Shown here in pieces: positions 15,801-27,372 of a DNA stretch of 64,000 nt. Under the pieces are notes generated by a model, which had not been told where the DNA came from, made no database searches, and saw only the letters and a program-made list of their open reading frames with translations. How positions within the stretch are numbered: the first letter of the stretch is position 1; every line of letters starts with the position of its first letter. Location: NCBI GenBank assembly GCA_037379345.1, contig CM074516.1, forward strand, positions 21,514,001 to 21,578,000, given 5' to 3'. A program made the position numbers and the translations under genes. Origin of the DNA: Perna viridis. Lineage: Eukaryota.

Positions 15801-17716
15801 CCGCCGCAACATCTTCGTCAGTTATGATACCACCAGGTAAGTATTGTTCTTTAACAACGTCACACACAGTTTCACTGTCGTCATACATTTTATTCACTTC
15901 ACGGAATGTTGATTCGTCAAACATAGAAGTACTGGATGGTGTATATAAGTCTTTGAAGTAACTGGCAAACGCATTACAAATGGATTCGGGGGTATTATGA
16001 ACAGTGTTATTAAAGTTTATCTCATAGCACACCTTTGACTGTTTTGGTTTCTGTTGCTTTGTAAGTTTCCAAAACAACCTTATATCACATTCAGTTGCAT
16101 TATTTATATCATCGTATGTCTCTTCCATATATTGATCATGAGCAAGTTGCTGTATATTCCTAAAATTACGTTTCGCTCGTTTATAATTAAAGTAAGACGG
16201 ATATTGCATACCCATTGGTCTACCCTCCTGCAACCATATTTTACGCATTTCACGTTCTTTACAATGCACTGTTTTAACATCTGCATTCCAATACGGTGAC
16301 TTTAATTCAAGTAATTATCTAGACATAAGGATAATCCTCTTTTCTGGCTTTTTTTTTTGCTCCTCATTCCCTATCAGTTTACTAGTCACAACACCCAAAA
16401 TCAATCCCAGCAATCCTTTTTTGGTATGACATATTGAACTGCAATTTCAAAGAGATTCATTCATTTATAGTCAAGCTATTGTCCCAATGTCACAATAATG
16501 CTTGTGCATGTACATGGCACATTTTTGGACCTTCTTTCCAAAACAGTTCAAATAATAACAATCCAAAATCAATCCCAGCCTTCCTTTGGTGGTCTGGCAC
16601 CCTATATGGTACAAAGAAATATATCCACTTATACAAAAGTTTTTGTCCTGACAGAATGAAAAAGACTGTTTCTGGCCAATTTTCTGGACCGTAATTCCTA
16701 TTATTGGAATTCCATTTGTCAAAATTTAACCCCTTGCTATCATTTGATGTACATACAAAATTATACAACATACATTGTCAACCAGTTGTAAAACAATGAT
16801 AAAATGGAATTTCACTGGTTGATTTTTTTTGAAGTAGCACTCTACATAAGAATCATGCAAAATGTGCTCCTACATATTTTTATTTTTGATATTTTGTTTA
16901 ACCCTTACCATGTGGGAACCATATTATTATGGTCATGGGCTGTTTTCCGATTTTAGGGGTCTGGCAATTTTATTTTTGGCTTTGGAAACCATAATTTGAT
17001 TTCATATGCAAGCAGTGTGAATGTGCTTTAAAATGAGGCTATATTATATAGATTTTAGCAAAAACAGGAACTTGACAGCTGAACAAGATGTCATGAGTTA
17101 AGAAGGCCACGACAAAAAATTGTGAGTTTTTGAAGGGCAGGGCTCAATACTTGGCCTCCAACAACAGCAGAATGGATCCATAGTGCTGAAACCAAAAATT
17201 GCAAAATAAAATGTGTGACCCCTCTGGAGACCCCTGACCTTCCACTTATTGTAATGAACAACTTTTGGCTTATATTACCATCAGAGGGAACAAGCACTGG
17301 AAAAATTGCACTAAGGACACTATCTTGCACCTGGTGAGCACTACATCTGGTAAAAAATTATATAGAATGTACTGCAAAATTCAAAATTAAGGGAAATAAC
17401 TCTGTAAATGACTCTTAAGTACAACAGAAACTTTTGGATTTTCAATGTTGATTATCTCCTAAGATCAGACAGATTGGAATGAATAATTATACATCTTATC
17501 ATTTAGAACTATAAAGCAACTCAATTACAAAAATTCAAATATGTAACTTTTTTTAGTTGTATCACATTTTACAGAATTTGTACCATTCTTATAAAGACTG
17601 CTACTAAAGTTTACAACAATATACCTCAGATGCATTCCTTCTTCTAGTTCTTCATCAGAAATAACCTCATACTCAGGGTTATCATAGACATAAACATAAG
17701 ATGATCCAAAATTCAT
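659..17716 (-). CDS. Sec23/24-type Zn-finger + VWA protein (circularly permutated Ras protein 1-like); 5' part only, continues left of the window. Exons 17625-17716, 12864-13024, 11333-11533, 10194-10384, 7766-7957, 4682-4897, 2287-2438, 659-859
   Basis: Eight GT-AG exons join in frame. Motifs: GDPVYCADC...WMCEFC (Zn finger), VVFCVDVSGSM (DxSxS MIDAS), VSRLQAAQAAV, RRVALIAFNNE, GGATALGP and VIICTDGLANVGLG (VWA). Family name is from recognising the motif set, not from a search. Confidence 0.85.
920..2180 (+). mobile_element. Non-autonomous Helentron-associated (HINE/pearl-like) element with ~5-6 internal ~160-bp tandem repeats
   Basis: Head (AAAATGCTTTGCAGGG...AACAGTTGGGGCAAGTATGGACAC) recurs at ~5152, 13200, 17875, 22360 and inverted at ~38340-38460. 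Repeat marker at 1302/1460/1624/1783/1943/2104. 3' TATAC..GGTCGTATA hairpin followed by an A-run. Confidence 0.65.
2287..2438 (-). CDS. ZnF-VWA gene coding exon 7 (VTVIGDGKETPVTVAGNKL...GDQVF)
   Basis: AG at 2439-2440, GTAAGT donor at 2281-2286; phase 0-2. Confidence 0.88.
4682..4897 (-). CDS. ZnF-VWA gene coding exon 6 (VPGHINFRGS...VSRLQAAQ...IAFNNE)
   Basis: 72 open codons with AG/GT boundaries; phase 0-0. Confidence 0.9.
5152..7320 (+). mobile_element. Second copy (or copies) of the same HINE-like family, interrupted by a TTAA MITE
   Basis: Same head at 5152-5290, ~160-bp units at 6330-7260, same terminal CCATTATA...TATAAAAA. Confidence 0.6.
5723..5924. mobile_element. TTAA-flanked MITE (Kolobok-like), copy 1
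   Basis: TTAA|GGAGGTAAACC...CCTACCTCC|TTAA; homologous to 8049-8260 and 37553-37765. Confidence 0.75.
7766..7957 (-). CDS. ZnF-VWA gene coding exon 5 (VWMCEFC...FCVDVSGSMCVTTE)
   Basis: 64 codons containing CxxC and DxSxS motifs; AG/GT boundaries. Confidence 0.9.
8049..8260. mobile_element. TTAA-flanked MITE (Kolobok-like), copy 2
   Basis: TTAA on both sides; TIR ...CCCTAGGTCTACCTCC. Confidence 0.75.
8442..8990. mobile_element. Non-autonomous TIR element
   Basis: ~42-bp imperfect TIR: AGAGGTTGGGACTGTAA...CAAAATAAAA and TTTTATTTTGG...TATAGTCCCACCTCT. Confidence 0.55.
10194..10384 (-). CDS. ZnF-VWA gene coding exon 4 (...RADTNVVSINF...TGDPVYCADC...)
   Basis: Phase 1-0; first CxxC of the Zn finger; AG/GT boundaries. 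Confidence 0.88.
11333..11533 (-). CDS. ZnF-VWA gene coding exon 3, proline-rich (GPPLPPKPP...PRPPPPPPQ...KKKKGHW)
   Basis: 201 bp, phase 1-1, TTTTTCCAG acceptor and GTAAGT donor; GC-rich island in AT-rich intron. Confidence 0.8.
11936..12300. mobile_element. MITE family with AGTAGCAGTC..TAAGAATCATGC termini, copy 1
   Basis: Homologous to 16833-17605 and 44055-44454; a terminal fragment also ends at ~229. Confidence 0.65.
12650..12862. mobile_element. Tc1/mariner-type MITE ending in ACAG|TA at an exon donor
   Basis: Similar to the MITE at ~42716-42932 (CCATGAAAATTGGT...ACTTTCACA); left end degenerate. Confidence 0.5.
12864..13024 (-). CDS. ZnF-VWA gene coding exon 2 (SDSDSDEDDLLNLDTIPEA...DAVIG)
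   Basis: Phase 2-1 fits both neighbours; TTTCAG acceptor and GTACTG donor. Confidence 0.8.
13628..16300 (-). mobile_element. 5'-truncated, frameshifted non-LTR retrotransposon (RT domain and C-terminus; RTEX/L2-CR1-like, clade uncertain)
   Basis: RT motifs spread across broken ORFs: SYRPICLLS, QHGFQKG, FLDSRKDFDTVW, GVRQSGVLS, LADNI (degenerate YADD), HLGI, LYRSVVIPTVLYGCEVW. (GAAT)n 3' tail at ~13628-13644. No endonuclease domain seen. Confidence 0.9.
16300..16730 (+). repeat. ~160-bp HINE core repeats abutting the LINE
   Basis: AAAATCAATCCCAGC...CCTTTGGTGG units as in 1300-2100. Confidence 0.6.
16833..17605. mobile_element. AGTAGCAGTC-MITE copy 2, carrying a nested ~440-bp TTAA|CCC insertion (16902-~17340)
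   Basis: TIRs AGTAGCACTCTACATAAGAATC and ATTCTTATAAAGACTGCTACT; extra sequence relative to the other copies begins at TTAA 16898-16901. Confidence 0.6.
17625..17716 (-). CDS. ZnF-VWA gene first coding exon (MNFGSSYVYVYDNPEYEVISDEELEEGMHL); the exon probably starts at 17749
   Basis: ATG at 17716, GTAT donor at 17624, upstream acceptor TTTTTAG at 17750-17756. Confidence 0.75.
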
Positions 17717-19972
17717 CTTGACTCAGTGGGTATGATGTACTACAATATTCTAAAAACAAATTAAGTTGAATATTAGCAAACTGAAAACAAACATATACAT
17801 GTATGTAAATAAGAAACTATATATCTAGTTGATAAATTTTCATCTTATTGCTACATTCTTATGTACAGATGAAATAAAATGTTTCACAGCTTTGTATGAC
17901 CATGGAAGTCTGACCCTAGTATGGACACAACATTCAAATTTGGTACAGCTCTGAACTGGGGTTGCACACATAATTAAATCCTTATAGCTATGAATATACA
18001 ATTTGCAGTTTAACATGAAAATAAGCAGTTTTTATGTTGAACAAGAAAGTGCTTATTTTTGACCCTCTTTTGGCTCCTTTCCCAAAACTTAACCATGACC
18101 TTTTGAATCCCTCAAAACCTTTCATTTTCTGGTATAGAACCCATGTGCACGGTGAAGCTTTTAGGTACATTTTCTGTACCATGCTGTGTAAGAATCAGGC
18201 AATTGGTGGCACACCACTTTTCTCAATAATTGGGTCTTTTTTTTTGCCTCAAATGTATTCAATACCTCTAGAAAACAACCAAGAAAGCTATTTAAATTTA
18301 TCCTGAAGTATCTGTTACATAGCAGAGGTTTCATTATTTTTTCGCAATACAGGTATCTCTGGTTTTGTAGGAGGTACTTTTCACCATTTTGTTTATTAAA
18401 AATGTATAAAATTTTAAAATTCTGGAGGTACCTTTCTGTAGTTTAGAAGGGTAAAAGTACCTGGTACGGCCTCTTAATGAAAGGCCTGCATAGACATTTT
18501 TTGACTGCTTATATAATGCAAAATGTGTGAAAATATTTCAAGTCTTTCTCCATAGTGCATCTCAACTAAATCTGACCTAAATGTATTAATATCTTAAAAA
18601 GGCAAACTTAGAGTAGTAAACACTCTAATGGTTTCATGTGTATTTCTGAGGATTATGAGATATGAATATTTTCTTTCTTCAAGTGCCACACCTAATACAT
18701 AGTTTGCCTGATTCTTAAACAGAGAAGTACTTAAATACTTTCTTCTGGCTCCTTGTTGACCCCCTTTATTAAAAATGTAAAGTTTATAACCTCCCAAAAA
18801 TCAATTACATGTAAAACCTTCCATTTGTGGTATGGAATCTTATGGTACAATTTCATAGAAATCCATACACTTTTACCCATGCTATTGTTTTGAAACAAGG
18901 AAAACTCTAGTTTTTGGCCCTTAATATTTGCATACACAAATACATGATCATGATGTACAATGTAAGTAAATACCCCTACAATTAATCCATGTCTGACCTT
19001 TGTGGTATAAAACATTGTGCTATAATATCATTGAGATCCAAATGTGCTTGAGTTCTCTATTGAAATTTTAGGAAATACATGTACATAATGTATTTGTTAT
19101 TGTCCCCTTTTTGGCCTTCATTCCAATAAAGTTAGTGTCATGACTATTTGAAATAGTGCAAAGTGATAACATTACATTTGGGTAAAGTACAAAATGTATG
19201 ATATAATATGTATGGTGTGGCTAGTGATTGCCATTGTGCTAACTTAAATACAATTGTACATGTAGTTTGAGAGGAGTTGCAATGATAAGTTGCTTCAGTT
19301 ATGTTCTTTAGAATACTACATGTAGTTCAAAGAGACAGTACTCCAACAAAATATCAGGAATCAAACATTCAAGGTAAAATGCAAAACTGCATACTGCATC
19401 TTCACTACATACTAAATTTTGTGAATTATTGTTTGGTTGTTCGAGAGCAGTTGGGATTGATGGGACTGACATACTTGTACTTATCAAAAACATTGTTGCA
19501 TAGGGTATATAACCACAACAAAAATGCTCTTCAAGGCAATGCTTGCTACTGACCTAATAGAACCTTGTTCAATTTTATACAGATCCATATAACTACATTT
19601 AAAGGAGATGTAACAGAAATTTTCAATTTACTAATTTCCTACTAATTGGCTTTAAAATGCCGACAAATTGTTAAGAAAACACTTTCTGATTCAAGTGTTT
19701 GTTTTGCCCCCTAATTAATTTCTTGGTTACATGTATATGTCAGTGAATCTTCATCATTAATACCAATCTTTCTTTTGCAGTATCAAACTTGATGTACAGT
19801 TTCATAGAAATTCAAACACTTTTACTCAAACTACATGAATGTTATATAGACCCAAAACCAGAGAGGTGCTTAAATAGTGGAGTGAAATCTTCTTGAAAAA
19901 TTTAGCCAGATCCAACCACTTAGACTTGGGTTATAACATGAAAATCCAGTGTTTTGATGCCACCCTGGCAAT

Positions 19973-20810
19973 AACAATGTCAATTGTGCAGAAAATTAAA
20001 GAACTTAAGTGAGCATGCTATCCCCATATCGAAATAAAAAGTGGTCCCTCTTCACCAATTTCGGCAAAAATCAATCCCTTACAAGATTTTATTGCAATAA
20101 CTAACCATTCACAAAAGTTTCAAGGTAATCAGTCAAAAAAATGGAGGAAGTATCCAGTCAATAACCCTAAATATTTGATTTAATAACTAAGTCCCCCTCC
20201 CAAAGAAGTGGTCCCTATTGACTGAAATTTGTGAAAACCAATCCCATCCAAGATTTTATTGCTGATAACATTTCACTTAAGTTTGAAGAAAATCAGTAAA
20301 AATGGAGGCGATATCCAGGTGACACCCCTAAATCATTGAAGTCCCCCTTAACAAAAATTCTGTGAAAATTAATCCCATTTAAGATTTATAGTTTGTAACT
20401 TTTCACAAAAATTTGAAAGAAATCAATTAAAAGATGGCAGTGCTATCATGGTGACAACCCTTTATCATTGAAGTGCTTCCCTGTAACTGATTTCTGTGAA
20501 AAATCAATCCCATTCAAGATTTTACTGCTAGTAACATTTCTCCAAAGTTTGAAGGTACATTGTAATTGGTCTAAAGATTGAGATGCTACCTACATGTAGG
20601 CATGTAGGCTACAACCTTTAATCATCAAGTTTTCACTAAGTCCCTTCCCAAAAAGTGCTACTCTTCAACCCCATCTAAGATTTTATTGCTACTAACCATT
20701 TACCAAGTTCGAAGGTAATCAGTCAAAAGATGGAGGTGATAGTCAGGTGAAAACAAGTTGTGATGGATTGGTCAAAAACCATTATATCCATGCAACTTTA
20801 TTTTTGTACA
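19973..20810 (+). mobile_element. HINE-like element of a second family with five 130-170-bp internal repeats
   Basis: AATCCC..AAGATTTTA marker at 20082/20250/20381/20516/20677. Confidence 0.5.
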
Positions 20811-23379
20811 TGTGTAATGACAGTGTCATAGCATTATCATATTTCGGAATGGTAATGGAATATTCAAGACTTTTTTAGTAGCAATCTTTATAAAAAATCA
20901 AACAGGAGGTGATTCATGCATGTCAAAAACCCACAGATTTCACTTTTATTTCTTATTCAGAATCTGTTACAGACCACATTCATGTAACCAGTCCTACATT
21001 ATATTCAGTTGTTGACTTAAGAGATACATGTATATAGATTGTACATGAAATCAGCACATTGCAAGACTTGTCTAAATATTGATTTTCTTCAATTTGTTTG
21101 ATTTTGATGTGAGATAAATGTATGCTTTTCATAAAAATACAGATCTGAAACAGAAAAAAACTGTTGTTTCATTAAAATACATGTAAAGCATTTGCAGAAC
21201 AAAAAAAAAACATTGTTTTTTAATAGGTTTTTTATTACCATGAATCACCTCTGCCATTGGCAGTGAGTGAATTTTATTAAGACTAGTACTTAAACATTCA
21301 CAGTAATCATGATCAGAAAGAGAATTTTCATGATTGAAAAGCACATCACATAAAAATGAATGAGGAATACCTAAATTCATTGAATTTAAGAAATGGTTAA
21401 GAAATAGATTAAGAATAATGCCTAGTTTTTTTTTCATTTTATTGCAAATTCTATTCACACAAAGCAGCAATATGGCTATAAATAAGTGACTTGAGAATAC
21501 TCAATATCTGTGTCTTCAAAAGTCAATAAAATTTTTAATTATTCATTTAAGCTTGGCTTCAGCAAAATTTTATTGGTGTATAAGCTCTTACCGGTAATTG
21601 AGGTACATGTACATTAAATGATTTGACCACAAAATGACCTGTTTTCTTTCCAGCATTTAATTTTTCATTCAAGATACTAGTAGTCTTTATCTTATTGAAA
21701 ATTCAACTGTAATACCGTACTATATATCATACTTAATAATGCTTAAAGTGATGACAACATGTACATGTATCTCCTTGATGATACATTTTTTTTTTACTTT
21801 CTGCAGCATATACATGTACATGAATAATAAGTCTCGGGGTAATCACTGTGATAGTGATAACCACTAACAGAGTGGATGCCAAATTATTTTTTTACAATTA
21901 GATATTTTTGTATTTTTTTTCAGCATTCAGAGCTGAAGGCATATGGATTTGAATACAAAAAAAAAGTTTGAATGTACAATGTATCTTAAAAAATATAAAA
22001 GATATTCAATTTCATAATTTTTAGCAATTACCACTACCATGTTGATTAGTTGTGGTGTATTTCTTTCTATACTTATGAAAATCAATTTAATAAAAAAACA
22101 TACATCAAACATGTAAATATTCAATTCTAAACTTGATTCTTCATACATGTTTTTAAAAGGATCTAAATATTCATCCTTGTGCTGCTATTAAACAAAACTG
22201 AAGTAAACCGTGCAGTGATTCTGGTAAAAAATTAAATTATAAAGGTACTGCTGCATGAACTTGACATGATAATGCATTATGCAAACTGTTCTTTGAATTC
22301 AACTTAAGTACATGTACAATGTAGTTGTCAATTTATCAAATAAATTTAATTGTAATAAACCCTGCTTGATGCAACCTCAGAATTTGAACCCTGAAATAAG
22401 AGCAAGTATGCATGAACACACCATTCAAGTTAGATAAACTGCTCTAAAATTGGATGTTTGACCAAGATTTATATATGGCATATATTTAACTCCTTGAGAT
22501 GCGCAAGATGAGTAATTTGCAATATGTGACCCAAAAGCGGCCTTTTCTCCAGTCCAAGACTCCAACATCATTCACCTTGGCAAAACCTTGTCTATATATA
22601 GGTACTAGATCACAATTAATTCCCCTTGACTTTTCGTTGTATACGAATATAGTTCCTTTATTTTAGTGTGTTTCTTCCTGATTTTTTTTTCTTTGCTGTC
22701 ATAAACTTTATTGCTTAGTATTAACTGCAGAAATGTAGGGCAAGGGTCAAATTTACAAGGTTTTTTTTCATTCTGTAATTTTATGTGGAAGTTGTGATTT
22801 GGACCTTTGAAAGAAGGTCAAAATTTAGGACATTTGGCAGTGGTCACGTTTCATGTCTACGACTACGGAGTCTCCAAAGCAAAGTTGCTAAAAATAAAAT
22901 ATGATGCATTGATGGTGAATTTTTCTGGCACTTTTATAGAAATCTGCTTTTATACATGTTTCCATATTGGTGAAGTTTGAATGAGTTTGAAGCAGTGGAA
23001 TTTTTTTTTATATGTCAAGATGGGTCTGTTGAAATGCACTACGAAATTAATTGTGTCCTCCTACCTATATAGTATATAGCTAAATACAAATCTAGTCTCT
23101 AGATGCTAGAACCATACTGTAAAGATTGACTGCAATAACTTTTTGACTACAAACAATACTTACAATCTCAGATGTATCTGATTTCTTTATGTTGTATTAA
23201 CAGAGACAGGATCTTTCACAACAATTAATTTCCTGGTCATTTCTATTTTAGGAAAAAAAAAACAACATGAAAACAGGAAGTTAATTTGATATTACAATTT
23301 GATACTAGTTCCGTTCAGATGCTTCTCGATTCCGGAATAATTGGATCTGAAAAAAAAATTAGATAAAATGGCGATTCTT

Positions 23380-23576
23380 TTAAAAAAGCAACATAAACAC
23401 GCAAAAAACAAAAAAACAAAAACAAAAACAAAAACAACTAAAACAAAACCAGCAAAAACCAACAACAAAAAACGTAAAACAGAAACAACAAAAACAACAA
23501 ACACATCAAACCCCCCCCCCAAAAAAAATCTACCAAAAACCAATAACAAAAACAAAAAACAAAACAAAACAAAATA
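23380..23576. repeat. A-rich (AAAAC)n-like low-complexity tract with a C10 run
   Basis: Directly visible in the sequence. Confidence 0.9.
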
Positions 23577-24339
23577 AGGGCAAATGGAACCAAGACTCAA
23601 GGGACAATCACTTGGGACGGATGGTTTCAACCACCCCCTTTTTCATCGAGAACTAATATTTCCGCGGATTCGTAGAGTTGATTATAAATCGTATTTTTGT
23701 CAGTTTCTGGACCAATTCTATTAAAACATGACAAACAAATGCCTAATAACGTCTCATAATCAGTTATAAGATATGGTAGTGGCTGTAGTTGTAATCTAAG
23801 TAGGAAGTTGGTTACAGGTTTTTAATGGTTCTTAACAGGGACAATATAATACTATTATAGTAATATAAAGTCCCGGTTCTAAACCAGTTAATTGTTTCCC
23901 AAGTTGACAATGTAATGCTGCTGATTCAGACTAATGCTAATGTCAAATCGTCTGCTTCTTTTCCAACCTGTTCGAAAACATGTAAGTTTTGAAAGTTTTA
24001 TTTTAGTTTTCTGTTTGTTTGTTTTGTTTTGTTTGTTTTGTTATATTTTAAATTTGTTGTCAGAATCTTCTTTTTCAGATTTTGTTTATTATTTATCTAT
24101 TAAGATACGAAGTTTTTACCTTAATCTTCCAAACACTGGGACTTAAAACAGGATTTTTTACTTATGTTTCAATTAAGCTTGTCAATATATTTTGAAAGTT
24201 TATAACAAGTGGAAAACTTGTTTACCGTCTTTGCTGATTTTCTCATGAATTTCTTTGCAGTTAAATATCATATTGAAGGCACAGTGTTGTATACCATCAG
24301 GAAATTCTTTACACATGTGTTCTTTGAGTGAAAGTAAAT

Positions 24340-24935
24340 GGATCTAATATAAATTTGACAAAACTTGCCATACCACAAAAGGAAGACTCAAGTAGTTTTT
24401 TTCAGACATAAGGAAAGTGCTTGTTTCAAAAAAGTTCGTCCTAGCTCCCCCCAAAAAAAAAGATCAATCCCAGTCTTCTTTCGTGGTAAAGTCGCCCTGT
24501 AATGCAATTTCAATGCGATGCACTTCTTTAATAGTCAAATTATTTTCTGGACATGAGAAAAATGCATGTTTCTGACCCCCTTTTGGCCCCTAATTTATAA
24601 AATGTTCAAATCTTAACCCATAAAATAAATCCCTTTCTGACTATTGGAGAATACTCATAAACGATTCTATTTTTTTGTCTGGGGTTATATAGTTAATCTC
24701 TATGAAATGCTTGTTTTCGGACTAATTTTGTCCTTAGCATGGTGTCATAACCCTCAAAGTCAATACAAACCTTCCTTTTGTGGTTTAAAACCTTGTTATA
24801 AAATTTTATAAAGATCAACCAACCAATGTTCAATTTATCACACGAAAAGCACGTGTTATAGGACGATGACACGGACGACAGTGCCATACCATTACACGAC
24901 AACGGTGATGACGCGGACGACAGTACCATGCCCAT
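24340..24935 (+). mobile_element. HINE-like copy (core repeats + GACG-rich microsatellite end)
   Basis: Same ~160-bp units; GGACGATGACACGGACGACAGTGCCATACC end. Confidence 0.55.
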
Positions 24936-26717
24936 ATATTCCAGTCATATTGTGATCTATGGAAATTTATGGAAGCCCATAAGTGCCAGGTGTTCACTTA
25001 TTTTTAAGTCGTTATAACGACTTAGTACCTCGAAACAATAAAGCGAGCTGTAAATCTAAGGTCTCGAACTAAATGAAGTGAAACTATTCATAAAAGACGG
25101 AAACCGACCTAATCTTTTGAAAAAAACCAAAACGCATAAAAATAAACATAAAAAAAAACATTTTTGGGAAATCCTTTCTTGAAAATTAGTCTTTCGTGGT
25201 TAACTTTATGTAGACAATCAAATTATCAATCGAGTGATACCAAATTCGAGACGTTTTAGTTGAGCAATAACTTGTAGAGTCGAATTTATGTGACTTTTGA
25301 CCGAAAAATCGAAAATCCATTTTTTTTGCATTTTTTGATAATTTCTGAGTACAAAAATCGACAAAATGCATCAAAAGAACACCAGAAGTATAAATTGTGA
25401 TTCTACTAAACAGAAAATACCAAATAAGCTATTTTTTACTGAAGCATTAATACTTTAGGGGTTTTGACATTGAAAAATATGTAAATTTAAGCGATTTTTC
25501 GGCGGGGTAGGGGTAATTCTTTTTTTCACTTTACTGCAAAAGTGTTACCGCGACATGTTTGGTACCATCGTAAAGCTGAGACATTGGGCTGTATGATGAC
25601 ACCTAAATGAGTTCAATTTGTTCACAAAAATATTGGCTTTTTGACCCAGTAGGTTTCGAAAAATAGGTTTAAAAAAAAAAACAAAACAAAAAAAAAACAG
25701 TGAGCTTCTTAATGATTTACGAGAAGAAATGAATTTGATTTTAGATTTAAGTAAAAAAAAAAGATGGATTTAAATGGGGTGCAATAAGTGTAATACAGAA
25801 ATATCTAATTTCTTAATTATAGCGAGAGATAAACTGGACACGGAAGGAACGTATCCAGATACTTTTGAAAGGATGGGTTCCGGCTGGGTTTCATCGGAAA
25901 AAGGGAGATGCTGGGATATTATTTACCATTCTTTGTCACGTCAATTTTACCCCTGGATCCGCAACTGCATGGAAAAGGTCATAACTTACGGCACAATTCT
26001 GAATTTACTCTAACCCATCGTAAGTTCTAAAATACGACTGAATATTTTAGTTTAAAGCAGAGTTCTACATCAACAAAAGCTTAATTCATCAAAATTTTTT
26101 CCCTTAAAAAATTCCTTTCTCCATATCCTGTTATTATTCAACCGAGTGTATTTACATAGACACACAATTTATCAAAGCAGGGCGTCTTTTAGGTGCAAAC
26201 AATAGTTAAGTGTATTCTTTTATTTATTATTTTTCTTTTTCTTATCTTGTTATGTCATGTCTCGAATTTTTTTGGTGTTTTCTTTCATTTCGTTTCGCAG
26301 CTTACAGGTTCCACCCACTTCACTCGACTCAACAGATTAATACGTGTACGGTGTTGTCTTACGTTTATTTCATTTATATATTTAATCTTATGATGTCAGT
26401 TTAAGTTAGGCATTTTAAAATTATATCTATCTGAATTTTTCGGAGAAGTCGATATATTTTTTAACGATTGTACACTTAATCTCTACATTTCAATTTAGAT
26501 TAATCGCCTTATCTGAAATAAAATCGTATATTAACTATGGTATATTAACATAAGAAATAATAAATTCCTTATCTAAAGTGTCACCAGTTTATTTATTGCG
26601 ACTTAATTCATGATTTTCTTCTTTTATTGAAATTAGAAATGATTCCACGTGTTTCGAATAGTGAAGTTTACTTTTCTAGATTAACCGTTAACGACTTGTA
26701 TTTAGTAGTCGACTAGA

Positions 26718-26821
26718 TCATGTGACCATACCGGAAGTGGGAAGTTTAGATTCAGGAAGAACCTGACAAGTGTCTGAAGTGAATAGGATTTTGGAGTGTT
26801 TCTTGTTTTCTAAAGTTTTCA
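26718..26821 (+). promoter_or_regulatory. Putative cortactin promoter and non-coding first exon
   Basis: E-box TCATGTGAC at 26718-26726, ETS motif CCGGAAGTG at 26731-26739, consensus donor GTAAGT at 26822. The first coding exon has an acceptor 2 nt before its ATG, so an upstream exon is required. Confidence 0.55.
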
Positions 26822-27372
26822 GTAAGTTTAAGGGACATTCTTATATTTAATAATGAGACATCTACCTCCAATGAAATCGATTCGTCATTTTTTAGATATT
26901 GACTTCAGATCAGTAATTATATTATTTTGTGTTCATATTGTAACGGGAGAGCAAAATTACACCTCCACCACCGAGGATCGGAGCCTAGACCGCTCGGTAA
27001 CAAGCCATTGACAAACCGATTCGGTTAAAGTTTTAAGCCAGTTAACTGGCTAAGTAAATACGATACAATTATGCTGTCCTGCCACACTATTAGTCACTAC
27101 ACTTGCACTAGTTGCAGTGAATCACACAGTATTCATGTGTCAGATTTGTTTGTTACAATGTATCGTTGAATCTTAAACCTATTATGGGACCCAGACGATG
27201 AATATGGCATGAACAGTTTCAGAGTAGCTGTAGAGGGTTGTTATCTAATATCCTGACCCTCATTCATGTCTTTGTTTATTTTTTGTAACAGTAGAGAACT
27301 GATGAATGCACTGAACTTCTCTTGACAAAATTTACAACAGTACATTACTGGAACCAAACCCAGTATGACATA

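Noticed and set aside
13644-16308. CTTTAATTC at both ends of the LINE as a TSD
   Set aside because: The left copy lies inside the element, internal to the microsatellite tail; a short AT-rich match is expected by chance.
23292-23630. Lys/Thr-rich and Phe/Val-rich ORFs on opposite strands
   Set aside because: Low-complexity (AAAAC)n tract.
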